Source: Eledone cirrhosa
Lineage: Eukaryota
Reading direction: 5' to 3'
Length of the DNA: 64,000 nucleotides
NCBI GenBank assembly: GCA_964016885.1
Contig: OZ024741.1
Location: forward strand, 406,224,001 to 406,288,000
This document shows positions 40,901 through 55,755 of the stretch, piece by piece. A program made the translations under genes and the position numbers. The notes under the pieces are model-generated. The model searched no databases. It had not been told where the DNA came from and saw only the letters and a list, made by a program, of their open reading frames with translations. Position 1 is the stretch's first letter. Every line of letters starts with the position of its first letter.

Positions 40901-43195
40901 AGTCACCAGAGACACACTGTCACCAGAGACACACTGTCACCAGAGACACACTGTTACCAGAGACACACTGTCACCAGAGATACACTGTCACCAGAGACAC
41001 ACTGTCACCAGAGTCACACTGTCACCGGAGACACACTGTCACCAGAGACACACTGTCACCAGAGACACACTGTCACCAGAGACACACTGTCACCAAAGAT
41101 ACACTGTCACCAGAGTCACACTGTCACCAGAGATACACTGTCACCAGAGACTCACTGTCACCAGAGACACACTGTCACCAGAGACACACTGTCACCAGAG
41201 ACACACTGTTACCAGAGACACACTGTCACCAGAGACACACTGTTACCAGAGACACACTGTCACCAGAGACACACTGTCACCAGAGACACACTGTCACCAG
41301 AGACACACTGTCACCAGAGACACACTGTTACCAGAGACACACTGTCACCAGAGACACACTGTCACCAGAGACACACGGTCACCAGAGACACACTGTCACC
41401 AGAGACACACGGTCACCAGAGACACACTGTCACCAGAGTCACACTGTCACCAGAGACACACTGTTACCAGAGACACACTGTCACCAGAGACACACTGTCA
41501 CCAGAGACACACTGTCACCAGAGACACACTGTCACCAGAGACACACTGTCACCAGAGACACACTGTTACCAGAGACACACTGTTACCAGAGACACACTGT
41601 TACCAGAGACACACTGTCACCAGAGACACACTGTCACCAGAGACACACGGTCACCAGAGACACACTGTCACCAGAGACACACGGTCACCAGAAACACACT
41701 GTCACCAGAGACACACTGTCACCAGAGACACACTGTTACCAGAGACACACTGTCACCAGAGACACACTGTCACCAGAGACACACGGTCACCAGAGACACA
41801 CGGTCACCAGAGACACACTGTCACCAGAGACACACTGTCACCAGAGACACACTGTCACCAGAGACACACTGTCACCAGAGACACACTGTTACCAGAGACA
41901 CACTGTCACCAGAGACACACTGTCACCAGAGACACACGGTCACCAGAGACACACTGTCACCAGAGATACACTGTCACCAGAGACTCACTGTCACCAGAGA
42001 CACACTGTCACCAGAGACACACGGTCACCAGAGACACACTGTCACCAGAGATACACTGTCACCAGGGTCACACTGTCACCAGAGATACACTGTCACCAGA
42101 GACACACTGTCACCAAAGATACACTGTCACCTGAGACACACTGTCACCAGAGTCACACTGTCACCAGAGATACACTGTCACCAGAGACTCACTGTCACCA
42201 GAGACACACTGTCACCAGAGACACACTGTCACCAGAGACACACTGTTACCAGAGACACACTGTCACCAGAGACACACTGTTACCAGAGACACACTGTCAC
42301 CAGAGACACACTGTCACCAGAGACACACGGTCACCAGAGACACACTGTCACCAGAGACACACTGTCACCAGAGACACACTGTCACCAGAGATACACTGTC
42401 ACAAGAGACACACTGTCACCAGAGTCACACTGTCACCAGAGATACACTGTCACCAGAGACTCACTGTCACCAGAGACACACTGTCACCAGAGACACACTG
42501 TCACCAGAGACACACTGTCACCAGAGATACACTGTCACCAGAGGCTCACTGTCACCAGAGACACTGTCACCAGAGATACAATGTCACCAGAGACACACTG
42601 TCACCAGAGACACACTGTCACCAGAGACACACTGTCACCAGAGACACGCGGTCACCAGAGACTCACGGTCACCAGAGACACACGGTCACCAGAGACACAC
42701 GGTCACCAGAGACTCACTGTCACCAGAGACACACTGTCACCAGAGACACACTGTCACCAGAGATACACTGTCACCAGAGACTCACTGTCACCAGAGACAC
42801 ACTGTCACCAGAGACACACTGTCACCAGAGATACACTGTCACCAGAGACTCACTGTCACCAGAGACACACTGTCACCAGAGACACACTGTCACCAGAGAC
42901 ACACTGTCACCAGAGACACACGGTCACCAGAGACTCACGGTCACCAGAGACACACGGTCACCAGAGACACACGGTCACCAGAGACTCACTGTCACCAGAG
43001 ACACACTGTCACCAGAGACACACTGTCACCAGAGACACACTGTCACCAGAGATACACTGTCACCAGAGACACACTGTCACCAGAGACTCACTGTCACCAG
43101 AGATACACTGTCACTAGAGACACACTGTCACCAGAGACACACTGTCACCAGAGATACACTGTCACCAGAGACTCACGCTCACCAGAGACACACGG
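31975..43195. repeat. 17-bp satellite array (ctgtcaccagagacaca)n, ~11.2 kb, roughly 660 monomers
   Basis: Directly visible; the 17-aa periodic ORFs equal 3 monomers. Confidence 0.99.
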
Positions 43196-43456
43196 AAGAA
43201 CGTTGACAACTATGTAACTGCTTATTCACAGCTAGACCGGCTTCGTATATGTTGTTTATATGCTAGGACAGCCCATGAAAGACAGTCGATCATATGACTG
43301 TGGTGACCCTGACTTTGGTGACCCTGTTGTTCGGGATTGCCCCACCGCAGACGTTTCCCCGAGGGCCTGACGACAATCCATAATACTAGAAATGATGCCT
43401 CAGTCTGGCTCATCTAAATCTGTCTCTCAAACTAATGGGCAAATGACATACAAGAT

Positions 43457-43477
43457 TACTACTACTACTACTACCAA

Positions 43478-43540
<63 letters not shown>

Positions 43541-43685
43541 CAACACCACTACCACTACTACTTCCACCAACACCACTAACACTACTACTACTACTACTAC
43601 TACCACCAAAACCTCCACAACCACTACTACTGCTTCTACTACTACCACCAACACCAACACTACTACTACTACTACCACCAACAGC

Positions 43686-43752
<67 letters not shown>

Positions 43753-43774
43753 ACACCACCAACACCAACACCAA

Positions 43775-43815
<41 letters not shown>

Positions 43816-43904
43816 ACACCACCACCACCACCACCACCACTACTACTACTACTACTACCACCAACACCACCACCACTACTACTACCACCAACACCAACAC
43901 CAAC

Positions 43905-43974
<70 letters not shown>

Positions 43975-44072
43975 AAACCACCACCACCACTACTACTACT
44001 ACTACTACCAACACCACCAACACCACTACTACTACTACTACTACCACCACCACCACCACCACCACCACCACC

Positions 44073-44119
<47 letters not shown>

Positions 44120-44189
44120 CACCACCACCACCACCACCACCACCACCACCACCACCACCACTACTACTACTACTACTACCACCAACACC

Positions 44190-44230
<41 letters not shown>

Positions 44231-44342
44231 CACCACTACTACTACTACTACTACCACCACCAACACCACCACCACCACTACTACTACTACTACTACCAAC
44301 ACCACCACCACCACTACTACTACTACTACAACCAACACCACC

Positions 44343-44374
<32 letters not shown>

Positions 44375-44554
44375 CACCAACACCAACACCAATACTACTA
44401 CTACTACCACCAACACCAATACTACTACTACCATTACTACTACCACCAACACCACTACTACTACTACTACCACCAACACCACTACTACTACTACTACTAC
44501 CACCAACACCACTACTACTACTACTACCACCAACACCAATACTACTACTACTAC
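43457..44554. repeat. (ACT/ACC/AAC)n trinucleotide array
   Basis: Directly visible; reads poly-Thr on the plus strand. Confidence 0.97.
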
Positions 44555-44779
44555 ATGTTCGACATGACACCTCAGTCTAGCTCCCCATTGCTGATCTCTC
44601 TGCCATATGACCAGAAGATATATTATGTTAATCAAAAGCACGTGTAGTATCCACCATTAAATACCAGACACCCTTTCTTCAATATACTTCTTTATATATA
44701 CAGCTGCAATATTATATTTTAATTATCTGATGTTACATTGGATATCACCTCCAACTCGTCACTGTTATACTGGGACTGG

Positions 44780-45031
44780 TACACACACATACACACACAC
44801 ACACATACACACACATACACACACATACACACACACATACCTACACACATATACACACACACATACACACACACACATACACACATACCTACACACACAT
44901 ACACACAGACATACACACACACACACACATACACACACACACATACATACACACACATACACACACATACACACACACACACACATACACACATACGTAC
45001 ATACACACACACACACACAACACTCACACAC
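44780..45031. repeat. (CA)n/(CATA)n microsatellite
   Basis: Directly visible. Confidence 0.97.
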
Positions 45032-45304
45032 AGATCAAATGAAAGTTTATGTGACTGTCGAAAAAAATATATTGGATCAATAGGTTCTCGATAAAAATCG
45101 ATCGCATACAAACAATAAACAATTGATTAAAAAAAAATACAAACAGTTAAAAGTGAAAACTCTGATCAGATATTTATTGATTGACAAAATAGTTCAGATA
45201 AGGAATCTTCTAGAATGTCCGTGACAGGAACAGTATGGTGTAGTTACTAACATACTGATAGGAAGCTTGCACAGACAGATATGTTCTGTGATAAAGAATG
45301 GATG

Positions 45305-45435
<131 letters not shown>

Positions 45436-45607
45436 ATATATATATATATATTTAATACAATAACAGAGATAGCTCAACGCTAAACTCCGACTGGTAACCA
45501 TCTCACTCAACAAACATTAGGTTATATGTTAGTATAACCCAAGTGTTTGGGGTGCTAACTATATGTATTTTGTGGAAAGCCAGTTGTAGGTGTTTATGTA
45601 TATATAT

Positions 45608-45783
45608 AATTGTTTCTACTTTTGGCACACGACCAGCAATTACTCAGTACATTACTGGTACTTTAGTTTATCGACCCCGTAAGGATGAAAGACAAAGTTG
45701 ACCTCGGCGGGATTTGAACTCAGAATGGAAAGGGCCGTAATCTGTGCGTCCGACCCTCTACCGATACTGCCAATCCACCGCCC
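45608..45783 (-). mobile_element. MetaSINE-like SINE, near full length
   Basis: Head ggcggtggattggcagtatcggtagag, B-box and conserved core on the minus strand. Confidence 0.85.
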
Positions 45784-46174
45784 GTTGTGTATATAATATC
45801 TTAATTTCTGCTATGTTCACCTATTATCTGACCTCACTTTGTAGTTTGTACTCGTTTCCCCATAAATACTAAATATAAAAGTCACAGATTTACTAGTTCA
45901 GTGCATCTCACGATTACTATTCTAATGTCACTACTTTTTCACCGGTAAGTTCTACCATCCATTTCCGACTAATTAATGAAGCAACCCACGAAAACAAACA
46001 GAAATCACAGAACCAACTGATAACGGACAATGTAAGAAGCGAACCATAACTCCTTAGCAGTATGCCAAGTGCGCTGGAGTCTTTGACAAGTGTCAAAACA
46101 TAATAGTATACTCAAAACTATTGCCGTTATCTAACGACAGCAACAGTTGACAGATGAAATGACAAGTCAGTCAA

Positions 46175-46435
46175 TCATATCGGTGGCCTCCCCACAGCCC
46201 CCGCGGACAGAATGGAGAAGGCGTTTCCCCGGAGGACGACAAGGGAGACGCGCTGGAAAAGCCATTCCAGCTTGCGAGGCTCACACCTACAGTTGGCCTG
46301 CTCAGCACCTAAGAGGGTGAGTAGGGAGGTAGCCCAAGGACCGAGGACACCAGAAGTCTCCACTGCCAAGGGTACGACTGCAAACATGTCGGAGAGTGAC
46401 CGGTTTTGAAGAGTTTGGCCTCCTCAGCCCTACGT
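46175..46435 (-). mobile_element. CRE-clade 3' fragment
   Basis: AEEAKL.. then FAVVPLAVETSGVLGP...WLFQRVSLVVLRGNAFSIL. Confidence 0.8.
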
Positions 46436-46604
46436 GCAGCAGAACCTGGGTAGTTGTCTCAAGATTTATTTTGAGTAGAAACGTTTTTTTATTTTCAGCA
46501 TATTCTAACGTACTATTTATGAAGTGTCTTCTTAATATTTTATATGTTGTTGCAAGCCGACAGTGTTATTGTCCCTAATTTGCTGATATTAATAAATGAT
46601 TTAA

Positions 46605-46792
46605 GGCGGTGAATTGGCAGTATCGGTAGAGGGTCGGACGCCATGCTGTCCAACATAGAGTTACGGCTCTTTACGCTCTGAGTTCAAATCCCGTCGAGGT
46701 TAACTTTGTCTTTCATCTTTACGTGGTCGATAAAATAAGGTACCAGTAATGCACTAGGTAATTGCTGGCTTTATGCCAATAGTAGAAACAAT
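46605..46792 (+). mobile_element. MetaSINE-like SINE, full length
   Basis: ggcggtgaattggcagtatcggtagag...ctgagttcaaatccc...gtagaaacaatt. Confidence 0.85.
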
Positions 46793-46989
46793 TAATAAAT
46801 GATTTATGCCAAATCAGTATTTTTTGGTTTCCTTTTTACTGGGAAAACAAATAATTTTTATCTACAGAAATATTTATACAAAGCAATAAGGAAATCAAAA
46901 ATAGAAATAAAATAAAAAGAAATAAAATGAAAGGAAGCACACACTCTACACCCGAGTCTGACTGGTATCTCTTAGGTGTGTACTGGGGA

Positions 46990-47190
46990 ATAATGGCCAG
47001 CGACACCCGCTGCATCAGCCACTCCACCTCATAGGTCCCTTTTCTTAAACGGGCTGCTATTTTTCCGATTTTGCGAAAGAAAATGACAGTTCGGGGACCT
47101 AGGACAGCTGAGATCTCGACGGCAACCGGTGTACAAAGGAAGGGTTCAGCCAAACCTCGGTACTTACCAATATTCCTTTCCTCTGCAGCT
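46990..47190 (-). mobile_element. CRE-clade 3' fragment
   Basis: AEERNIGKYRGLAEPFLCTPVAVEISAVLGPRT...WLMQRVSLAI. Confidence 0.75.
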
Positions 47191-47494
47191 GGAGTGTACG
47201 ATAAAGTTTAAATACAGAGTTGCTAACCCTGACTACACCAATATGTATATAAATATATACACATATCTATTATGTATATGCAAATATATGCACATATCTA
47301 TTCTGTGTATATATTTATATACACATATCTATTCTGTGTATATAAATATATACACATATCTATTATGTAGGCTTGAAAATATACAAAAAAATACGAATTT
47401 CCCTATAAACTGATAAAATGATAAACACCTTTAACAAATTTTGGGTCTAATTGGACCCTAATAGTTTAATAAATTAAAACATATGTAAAGATTA

Positions 47495-48070
47495 CTAATG
47501 TAGGCGGGAAGTCGCTAGAATTGGTTGACGACTTCCTGTATTTGGGAGCAAAGATTGGGAATACGGAAGATGATGTAGTCAGCTTGAGATCGGTGCGGAA
47601 GTTGGACCTTTGTAAAGACCTGAAAATCCGTCTCTTCGTTTCTGTAGTGGAGTCTGTGCTGCTGTACGGGTCTGAGACTTGGACACTGACCAAGAAACTC
47701 ACTCAGATGGTGGATGGGTGCTATACGAGAATGCTGAGGATGGCTCTGAACATTAATCAGTATACACTGAGGATGAAGAACTCAGAGCTGTACGGGAGCC
47801 TCCCAAAAGTCAGCTCGAAAGTGACGCAGAGGAGACTGAGGTTGGCTGGATATGCTGACCGACATCCAGAGTTGACACTGCACTCAGTGCTCCTGTGGGA
47901 GCCCCTGCATGGACACACTGGAAGAGGAAGACCGAGGTTAACATATATTGATGTCCTAAGGACAGACACTGGTCTCTTGGAGATGCAGGACATGTCAGCG
48001 ATGATGAGGGACAGAGACCGCTGGAGAGAACTCATCCATGGATTTCGGGAATTTTACACGCCCTAGATAG
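47495..48070 (+). mobile_element. RTE-clade LINE 3' fragment (RT C-terminus)
   Basis: LELVDDFLYLG...KIRLFVSVVESVLLYGSETWTLT...GRGRPRLTYID...DRDRWR. Confidence 0.9.
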
Positions 48071-49612
48071 CTAGAAATGTAAAGAAAGTTGTGGAATAAC
48101 AAAACTGATTGAATATAACAACAGTATTTAGTGACATTTGTCTAGCTAATCAATTGAGATCATACTAGGGTCTACTTCAATTGTCATCCCTCCAGTGTTG
48201 ATAAATTATTTACCCAGATACTATTGGATTTCTTTGTCATTGGTCACATCGTTTTACTACAAGATTTTGATCTTGTGTCAATATGAGATATAATATTTAA
48301 AAATTGATTATATTTTATACTGCTCTGGTAGAATGGACACCAAAGCAGCGGAGAAGTACTAGAGGGTGGCCAAAGGCATGATAGTGCGATAATTTAATCA
48401 GATATCTCGGAGCCTAAGAGCCCAGAAAGGACAGAGATAGGAAGCGGTAGAGGTTAACGGAGAAGGGGTTACGCCAAAAGGGATCAGAAGCCCCTAGCTT
48501 TGTGTTAGGATTAAGGTTTGGCTATGAAAATATGTACTATATTTGTTATTGCTATTATAATTATCGTCTCTGGCTTATTGTCCAAAGAACACCAATTATA
48601 TCATTGGTAGTTTACAACTGAAAAGATAAAATATGATGTCATTTCTAGGAAAATCAAAATGGCGGTTATTCAGACGCTGAGCACCTATCATATCATTACA
48701 TGTTGGATTTCTATCGATATACACAGTTCTGCAGCCGAACTAAATGTATATAAATTACGGAAATTTAATCAGTAAGCAACAATAGCCATATAATGAGCTG
48801 ATACTGTAGAGATACATTTGTTAGATATTGAGTGTCACTAAACATAAAGACAGCTGTCAATTTGATCATCGATATTATTGACGAGCTGCTAATTATCTTT
48901 ATTGTTTCCTTCATAATACATGCAATTAACACATTAAAAAACTATCGTTGAATGTATATTCTGTATAAAACAGCTTTCTATCGTTTGTATTTCATTACTA
49001 ATAATTTCTAACATTGTCATAAGATTCTTTTTATTACTCATATCAATTTGTTACAATTTAGAACATTACATTATAAGTATTGTATATTATTTACATTCAT
49101 CGTTGTGTTATCACCTAATCGCACTGCTCGTTTATGAATATATACATTAGGATATTGTTTTTGCGACTTATTTTTGTTGTAAAGCTCAGATGTGTTGTAA
49201 AAGTATTAGTTATAGCATCCTATATTTTTTTTAATCAATGAATAATCAATATGTGTCCTCCTTTACATATAATGGTGATTTACAGAAGAAAAGAACATCT
49301 TGTTTTAGCTAAGAATATAATAGAGTATCTTCTTAAATTGCAAAGATCGTTCTATAAGGAACTGTAGATATAATGGCTATAGAAAGACGGCAGAGTTGAG
49401 GAGACCCTAGACTTGGCAGTCAGCTACGACAGGTGAAGATGATTGGTACACAGTATGTCAGTACATGTACAACTCCACAAGAGGTTGAGGGCCCCAACTA
49501 GCACACAGACAAGCAAGCTAGCGATAATACCACTTTTCCCTTGTTTTTCATTTATTGATGGATAAAACACAAATGTTTAACTTCTTCACTCCTCACAATT
49601 ATTAAGGACCCA

Positions 49613-50040
49613 AGCAAGCAAGCAAACAAGCAAGCAGACAAGCTAGCAAGCAGACAAGTTAGCAATCAGCAAGCAAGCAAGCAGACAAGCTAGCAAGCAA
49701 ACAAGCAAGCAGACAAGCTAGCAAGCAGACAAGCTAGCAATCAGACAAGCAAGCAAGCAGACAAGTTAGAAATCAGACAAGCAAGCAAGCAAACAAGCAA
49801 GCAAGCAGACAAGCTAGCAAGCAGGCAAGCTAGCAATCATACAAGCAAGCAAGCAGACAAGCTAGCTAACAGACAAGCAAGCAAGCAGACAAGTAAGCAA
49901 TCATACAAGCTAGCAACCAGATAGGCTAGCAACCAGATAGGCTAGCAAGCAGACAAGCAAGCTAGCAACCAGATAGGCTAGCAAGAAGACAAGCAAGCAA
50001 CCAGACAAGAAAGTAACCAAACACGCAAGCAACCAAGCAA
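49613..50040. repeat. (GCAA)n-based compound minisatellite
   Basis: gcaa/gacaa/gctag units visible. Confidence 0.92.
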
Positions 50041-51144
50041 TTTTCTTCACTCCTTGCAACAATTGAACCTATCAAAACAGCTCCGGTTTCTCTTATATTA
50101 CTTTTTTTAAGTACAGATCAGAGTGTGGTGTCCACGTGACACATGTAGGGCAGATCAACATGTGGGAGTCCTTGTAACTCCAGACAAAGATCATGTAAGG
50201 GTCGATAAAATAAAGTACTGAGGTTATTTAAACAACTTTACCTTTCCCGCAAATGTGGTGGCCTCGTGTCTAAATTAGAAATCAATATCCATATATATAT
50301 ATATAAGTGTGTGTGTCTGTGTGTGTGTGTGTAAGTCATACTCACACTTAATGTTTCTTCAGGGCCTGTTATACACCGTATAAGAGGTATGTATAGTATG
50401 CTGCCTCTTTCCCAGACCATTCTGCTACATCTAAGTAAACTGATGGTACAATAATTGATCTTCAACATACAGATATATTTCTAAACCTTCTCTTTTCGTT
50501 ATGTCTACATTTCACAGAAGACGTATTTTAAATTACTTTAAACGTTTAACAACTGTGTCATCTACTTTTGACAAACGCCACAAAATGATTTTATCAAGAA
50601 ATGCCATTTATTTCTGCTTGATCTTTCAAATAACTCCATTATATATATTATATAGTATTAATCTATGTCACATCATCAGCCCCAAGACAGAGTTTAACAT
50701 TTTAGTTCTAGTTATTCGCTATCTTTAGTTAGCATACATGAAGCATTCTATTACTCTAACACAGAGCTGTCAAGTCTATTTGACAGGTCCTACCTTCAAA
50801 ACGTTTTAAATTATATTTAGTGTAAGAAACTGAATGCATCTACTTATAGTAGATGTGGTTCTTCCTCCATTCCTCTAATCATGTTTAAACTGTTTTCAAT
50901 ACCTACATATTCTCGTCCAAGTATGCCATTTAATAATCTTTTCTTTCACCTACAGTTTTTATCTATTTTGAGTGCAATCTATTCCTCAGGCTAGAAAACT
51001 TTCAAAGATTAAAATCACCATTCAATATTTTCATATTATGTTACACTTTAATGAACTCAGTTTACCCAGTGACATTTCAATATGTCTAACAATTTGAACA
51101 AGATTTCCTTTCTAGCTTTTTTGCATGTATTATTGACTGGACTA

Positions 51145-51665
51145 GGCGACGAATAGAGTCGTTGAAACGTCGGATAGAATGCAGAGCATTATTCGTTTCT
51201 GCTTTCTGCTCTCTGAGTTCAGAACCCACCGAGATCAATTTTGCCTTACAATTTTGTCAATAAAAAAGTACCAGTCAAGTACTGGGGTCAATTCTTCCTC
51301 TATATCTCTTTCTCACTTCCTCTGTTTCACTCTCTATCTTTCTCACTTCCTCTCTCCCACTCTCTATCTTTCTCACTTCCTCTCTCCCACTCTCTATCTT
51401 TCTCACTTCCTCTCTCCCACTCTCTATCTTTCTCACTTCCTCTCTCTCACTCTCTATCTTTCTCAATTCCTCTCTCTCACTCTCTATCTTTCTCACTTCC
51501 TCTGTTTCACTCTCTACCTTTCTCAATTCCTCTCTCTCACTCTCTATCTTTCTCTGGAAGAAATCTGCTGTATTCAGACATGGAGAGGAGATGAGTTCTG
51601 CCAGATTTTATAAAAAATGTCCTAGAAACGCCGTATCTCACTACAGCGCCCTCTATGACTCCCTC
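51145..51665 (+). mobile_element. SINE variant with internal 30-bp pyrimidine-rich tandem array (51300-51553)
   Basis: SINE head, about 8 copies of ctctctatctttctcacttcctctctccca, then the shared ctctggaagaaat tail. Confidence 0.75.
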
Positions 51666-51971
51666 GTGATTTACTGGATCATCTGTCCATCAAACTACTG
51701 TAATTGTTGATCCTCGGAGCCGGCTGGTCTCGCGAGATTTGAATTCAGCCGGAATAAACCGAAGTTTTAACGACTGCTTATTTACCTTTTATGCAAATAT
51801 AATTTATTTAATTTTCTCTTTAAATATTAATTTCATATAACACATACTAGAAATTAATACCTTTACATATATTTCGATCTAAAGTTTATGCTAAGGATTA
51901 ATATCATGTGTCCCAAAATCTGAAAGGATATTAAGAAGAGAGTCTAGTTCCTTTTTAAATTCCTTACGTTC

Positions 51972-52150
51972 GGATGATGCTAGAGCTGTACAATCATGCA
52001 TGCACTAATTTAAACTCTTTTTATTAATAACTGCATTGTTTCTTTCTAAAGTCTATGTTGAAAAATAAACCTCATTTGGTCATTGCATGAGAGTATCTTG
52101 GTCAGCCTATGAACTTTTGAATCTATGAACTTTTCAGCCGACCCTCGTTC
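51972..52150. mobile_element. Tc1/mariner-type MITE, partial
   Basis: Homologous to 61334-61532; ends ttttcagccgaccctcgt. Confidence 0.7.
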
Positions 52151-52192
52151 ATCATACGATATATTGATTTGTACTTAGCATGACAAATCTAG

Positions 52193-52412
52193 GGTGGTGC
52201 ATTGGCAGAATCAGTAGAGCGTCAGACAACATGATTCACGACATCGAGTTACAGCGCTTTACGTTCTGAGTTCAAATCCCGTCGAGTTTAGCTTTGCCTT
52301 CCATCCTTACGGGGTTGATAGAATAAAGCACCAGTAATGCACTGGTGTGGATTTAATCGACTTTCCCCTCCCCTACAAATTACTGGCCTTGTGTCTATAG
52401 TAGAAACAACAT
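52193..52412 (+). mobile_element. MetaSINE-like SINE, full length
   Basis: tRNA head, B-box, core and tail. Confidence 0.85.
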
Positions 52413-52909
52413 TACACAAACTAGCAGAAAAACCACCCTTCGGGTGGTGTTGACATTTGAAAATTTTGAAGAAGTGTATTTTTAGATAAGTAATAAAATA
52501 TATTTAATGAACAGCCACGAAATTTAGTAGATAAATTATGTAATATTCATTCATTATTTATTCAAAGTAATCCAACTTATTTTACAAAAGGGATAAAAAA
52601 AATATATTCTGGATGCAGTGCCGCACTCCTTTCTTTATTATAGTTAAGATTTCTCAGGGAGTTGTGTACAAGACATGTCAGACAGAGAGAATTGATCCTT
52701 TTAAAAGTCATATTCATTGGAGGATGGGAAATCAGTACTGACATTGAAATAAATACACACTTTCTATGAACTATTGGACATTGAGGTTTTACTACCAGTG
52801 ATGATCCGTTTCTCTATTGAAATTTGTAGAAGAAAGAAAATAGAAATGTTTAAAAGTTAGTTATTAGAGTGAGTTATATGTATCTTAGAATGTACAATGG
52901 AATGGTTGC

Positions 52910-53430
52910 TGCGTGATATCGAATCGCTCAAGGTTGGGCAGCTTTCAACAAGAACAAGTACTAACATCAAAACGCGTTTCCTATCATTTTGAAGGCTAAG
53001 ATATTTGATACTTACACCCTACCAGTTGTGTTATATGGTCTTGACTGTGTTAATTGGACGACAAGGTCACTTCAGAAGCTCTCTACATTCCAGAACCACA
53101 TCATGAGAATTATGACTGGCAAACAGCTCAGTGACCGTATCTGTATCAGTGAGCTGCTCAACATTACCTAACTTAGACCAATTACATCAATTGTCAAGAC
53201 AAGAGTACTCAAACTATACAGCCATATAAAAAGATCAACTCGTGGTGTGAGCAGGTTATGTCTGAAAGGAAGGCTGGCTGGTAGAGAAGCAGAAGCCGGC
53301 AGCCAAAACGATGGCTTGATAATGTCAACTTATGGACTGGACTTGATCTTTGCTCTTTGAACTCTGCTGCTGGTGATCGAACTTTGTTAATGCGCAGTCT
53401 GCAACTGGCGGATTTTAGCGTCACAAGAAG
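52910..53430 (+). mobile_element. RTE-like LINE 3' fragment
   Basis: RIAQGWAAFNK...KAKIFDTYTLPVVLYGLD...FQNHIMR...GRQPKRWLDNV. Confidence 0.8.
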
Positions 53431-53810
53431 ATATGTATCTTATTGTGTAATAAGTTATGTGAATGGAAATTAAGATAGATTGTTGTAGCGAATATATTAA
53501 CGGAAATATACGGAATGTTGAAGAATAAATTTAATGTCGCTTAGAAAAACGATTTATTTTAATATCAAATAGTTTAATTTGGATGAATTATCTCCCCTCT
53601 CTTCTCTCTCTCCCCTCTCTGTCCCCTCTCTCCACTTGCTCCTCTCGCTCCTCTCTTTCTCTCTATATCTATCTATCTATGTATCTAAGTAGCTAGATAA
53701 ATAGACAAATAAACATCAATTAATATCTCTGTCTATTACCATAGATTCGATAGCTAGGACGTAACAGAAATATCAAAATTTAAGTATATATATATATATG
53801 TTATTTATGC

Positions 53811-53858
<48 letters not shown>

Positions 53859-54696
53859 TAATATATACATGTATGCATGTGTATGTGTGTGTTTATGTAA
53901 TTCTATAAGGTTTAAGCAAACCGAATAAAATTCCATATTTAATTTCCATTTATTACACGGATACACACATATATATACATATGTGAGTGTGTGTGTGTGG
54001 GGGGGTTCATATGTATATATACATATACATATATATAGAGAGAGAGATTTGTTATTTTAGTTTTGTATATTATATATAGAGACATTGCTATTTGAAAGAG
54101 ACACTTTTATTAATAATCAAATCCATATTTTGAATGGCTAAAATGAATTATTTTTGATTGAGAACAGTAACAATAGCTCGCCCCATTAATCTAATCAACG
54201 AAGTTAGGGAGATAATTGTAAATAATGGAGTCATACATTTACCACAAAGCAGCTACTATTTCGAATAAATGGACTTCACTGAATTTATTAATAACACAGC
54301 CATTAAAATTCCACGTCAAAGGAATAATTGTTTGTATCGTGTTCAACGTATGACGGCCAAAAACATGCACTTTCTTTCTATTCTATATAATCCATATTTT
54401 AGCATTTGTGTCTCCTGTGAGACATTAAACTGGCTTTGCTTTTGCAAAACGTTGAGAAGAAACTACATTTGTTTTTAACTTGCCATAGATCCTCAAAGTG
54501 TACAGTCCTTGTGTTGACATGGCTCCTGGTGCCATCTTCACGGGTTTTCCTCCATCTATTACCGCCAGCAGCACTTTACTTAAATTTTGATGCTAGTGTT
54601 CCAATATGTTTCATATTATCCTTCAACTTATCCACTTATTCTTGTATCTATCAAGAGGACTTGTTACGTGACGTATATATGTATATTTATATGTAT

Positions 54697-54775
<79 letters not shown>

Positions 54776-54812
54776 TACATATATATGTGTGTGTGTCTTT
54801 GTGTCTGTATCT

Positions 54813-54854
<42 letters not shown>

Positions 54855-55364
54855 CTATAATATATATACGTGTGTGTGTGTGTGTAACTATATATATATA
54901 TAGATATATATGAGTGTGTGTGTGTATCTATATATGTGTGTATATGTGTATTTGTGTATGTGGTGAATTGTGGTGCAGTATCTGTGTGATCTGAGGTAAA
55001 ATCGCTGTGACGATATAAAAGTCTTGAGTTGCTATCATCGACTTATACACCAGCCCTCCAAATATCTGTCCGTCTACCTTTCTTAGAAACAATTCTTGAT
55101 TTATTTATTGACAATTAACTCAGAAACATCAACCTATGTTGGACTACGAAAAGAAGTACAACAAATTGGCCATAAAAGCCCCAGGACGGGAAAATGTTGA
55201 CAACAACACTTCAAGAGCAAATATTGTATACGAATAGAAAGCGAATTTACGGCTTTCTCTAACACATTTAACTAACCTTTCAGCACCAACACCTGCCAAC
55301 TGTTTAGAGCGGAGAAAATAAGAAATAAATCATGTTAAATCATGAGTATAATGTCTTACTTTGG

Positions 55365-55755
55365 TTGACTGACCGCTTCCTCTTCGCACTGGTCACCATC
55401 GAGATCTCAGGCGTCCTCGGACCCCGAACTGCCGAGTTCCTCCGCAAGATCGGAACGTCAGCGACCCATCTGAGGAAGGAGTCCCGTGATGTGGGGTGGC
55501 TGTTGCAGCGGGTGTCGCTGGCTATTGTCCGCGGAAATGCTTTTGCGGTCTTGTCCGTGGGGCGCAGTCCCAACACCGCCACGCCCTAGGCCTAGAGCCC
55601 ATCACACTCCTCTCCCATTCTTCTGTGACCCCAAAGTCTTTGCCCTTCCCTTCATTTTCAGTTTCTAAATATCTCTAGTGTTGTTCATATTTGAAATAGA
55701 TTTGTTTATGATTTTTTTTTTTTTTTATTAATAAAACGTTTTATATTAAAAAAAG
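55365..55755 (+). mobile_element. CRE-clade 3' fragment with 3' UTR
   Basis: FALVTIEISGVLGPRT...WLLQRVSLAIVRGNAFAVL, then aataaa and an A-rich end. Confidence 0.8.

Noticed and set aside
34306-43117. Very long ORFs (1142, 2290 and 1022 aa) of SPETHCHQRHTVTRDTL repeats
   Set aside because: Translation of a stop-free 17-bp satellite; all three frames give the same peptide and there are no unique domains
55110-55237. Short ORF (MLDYEKKYNKLAIKAPG...) as a possible terminal exon
   Set aside because: Too short, weak acceptor, no homology recognisable by eye
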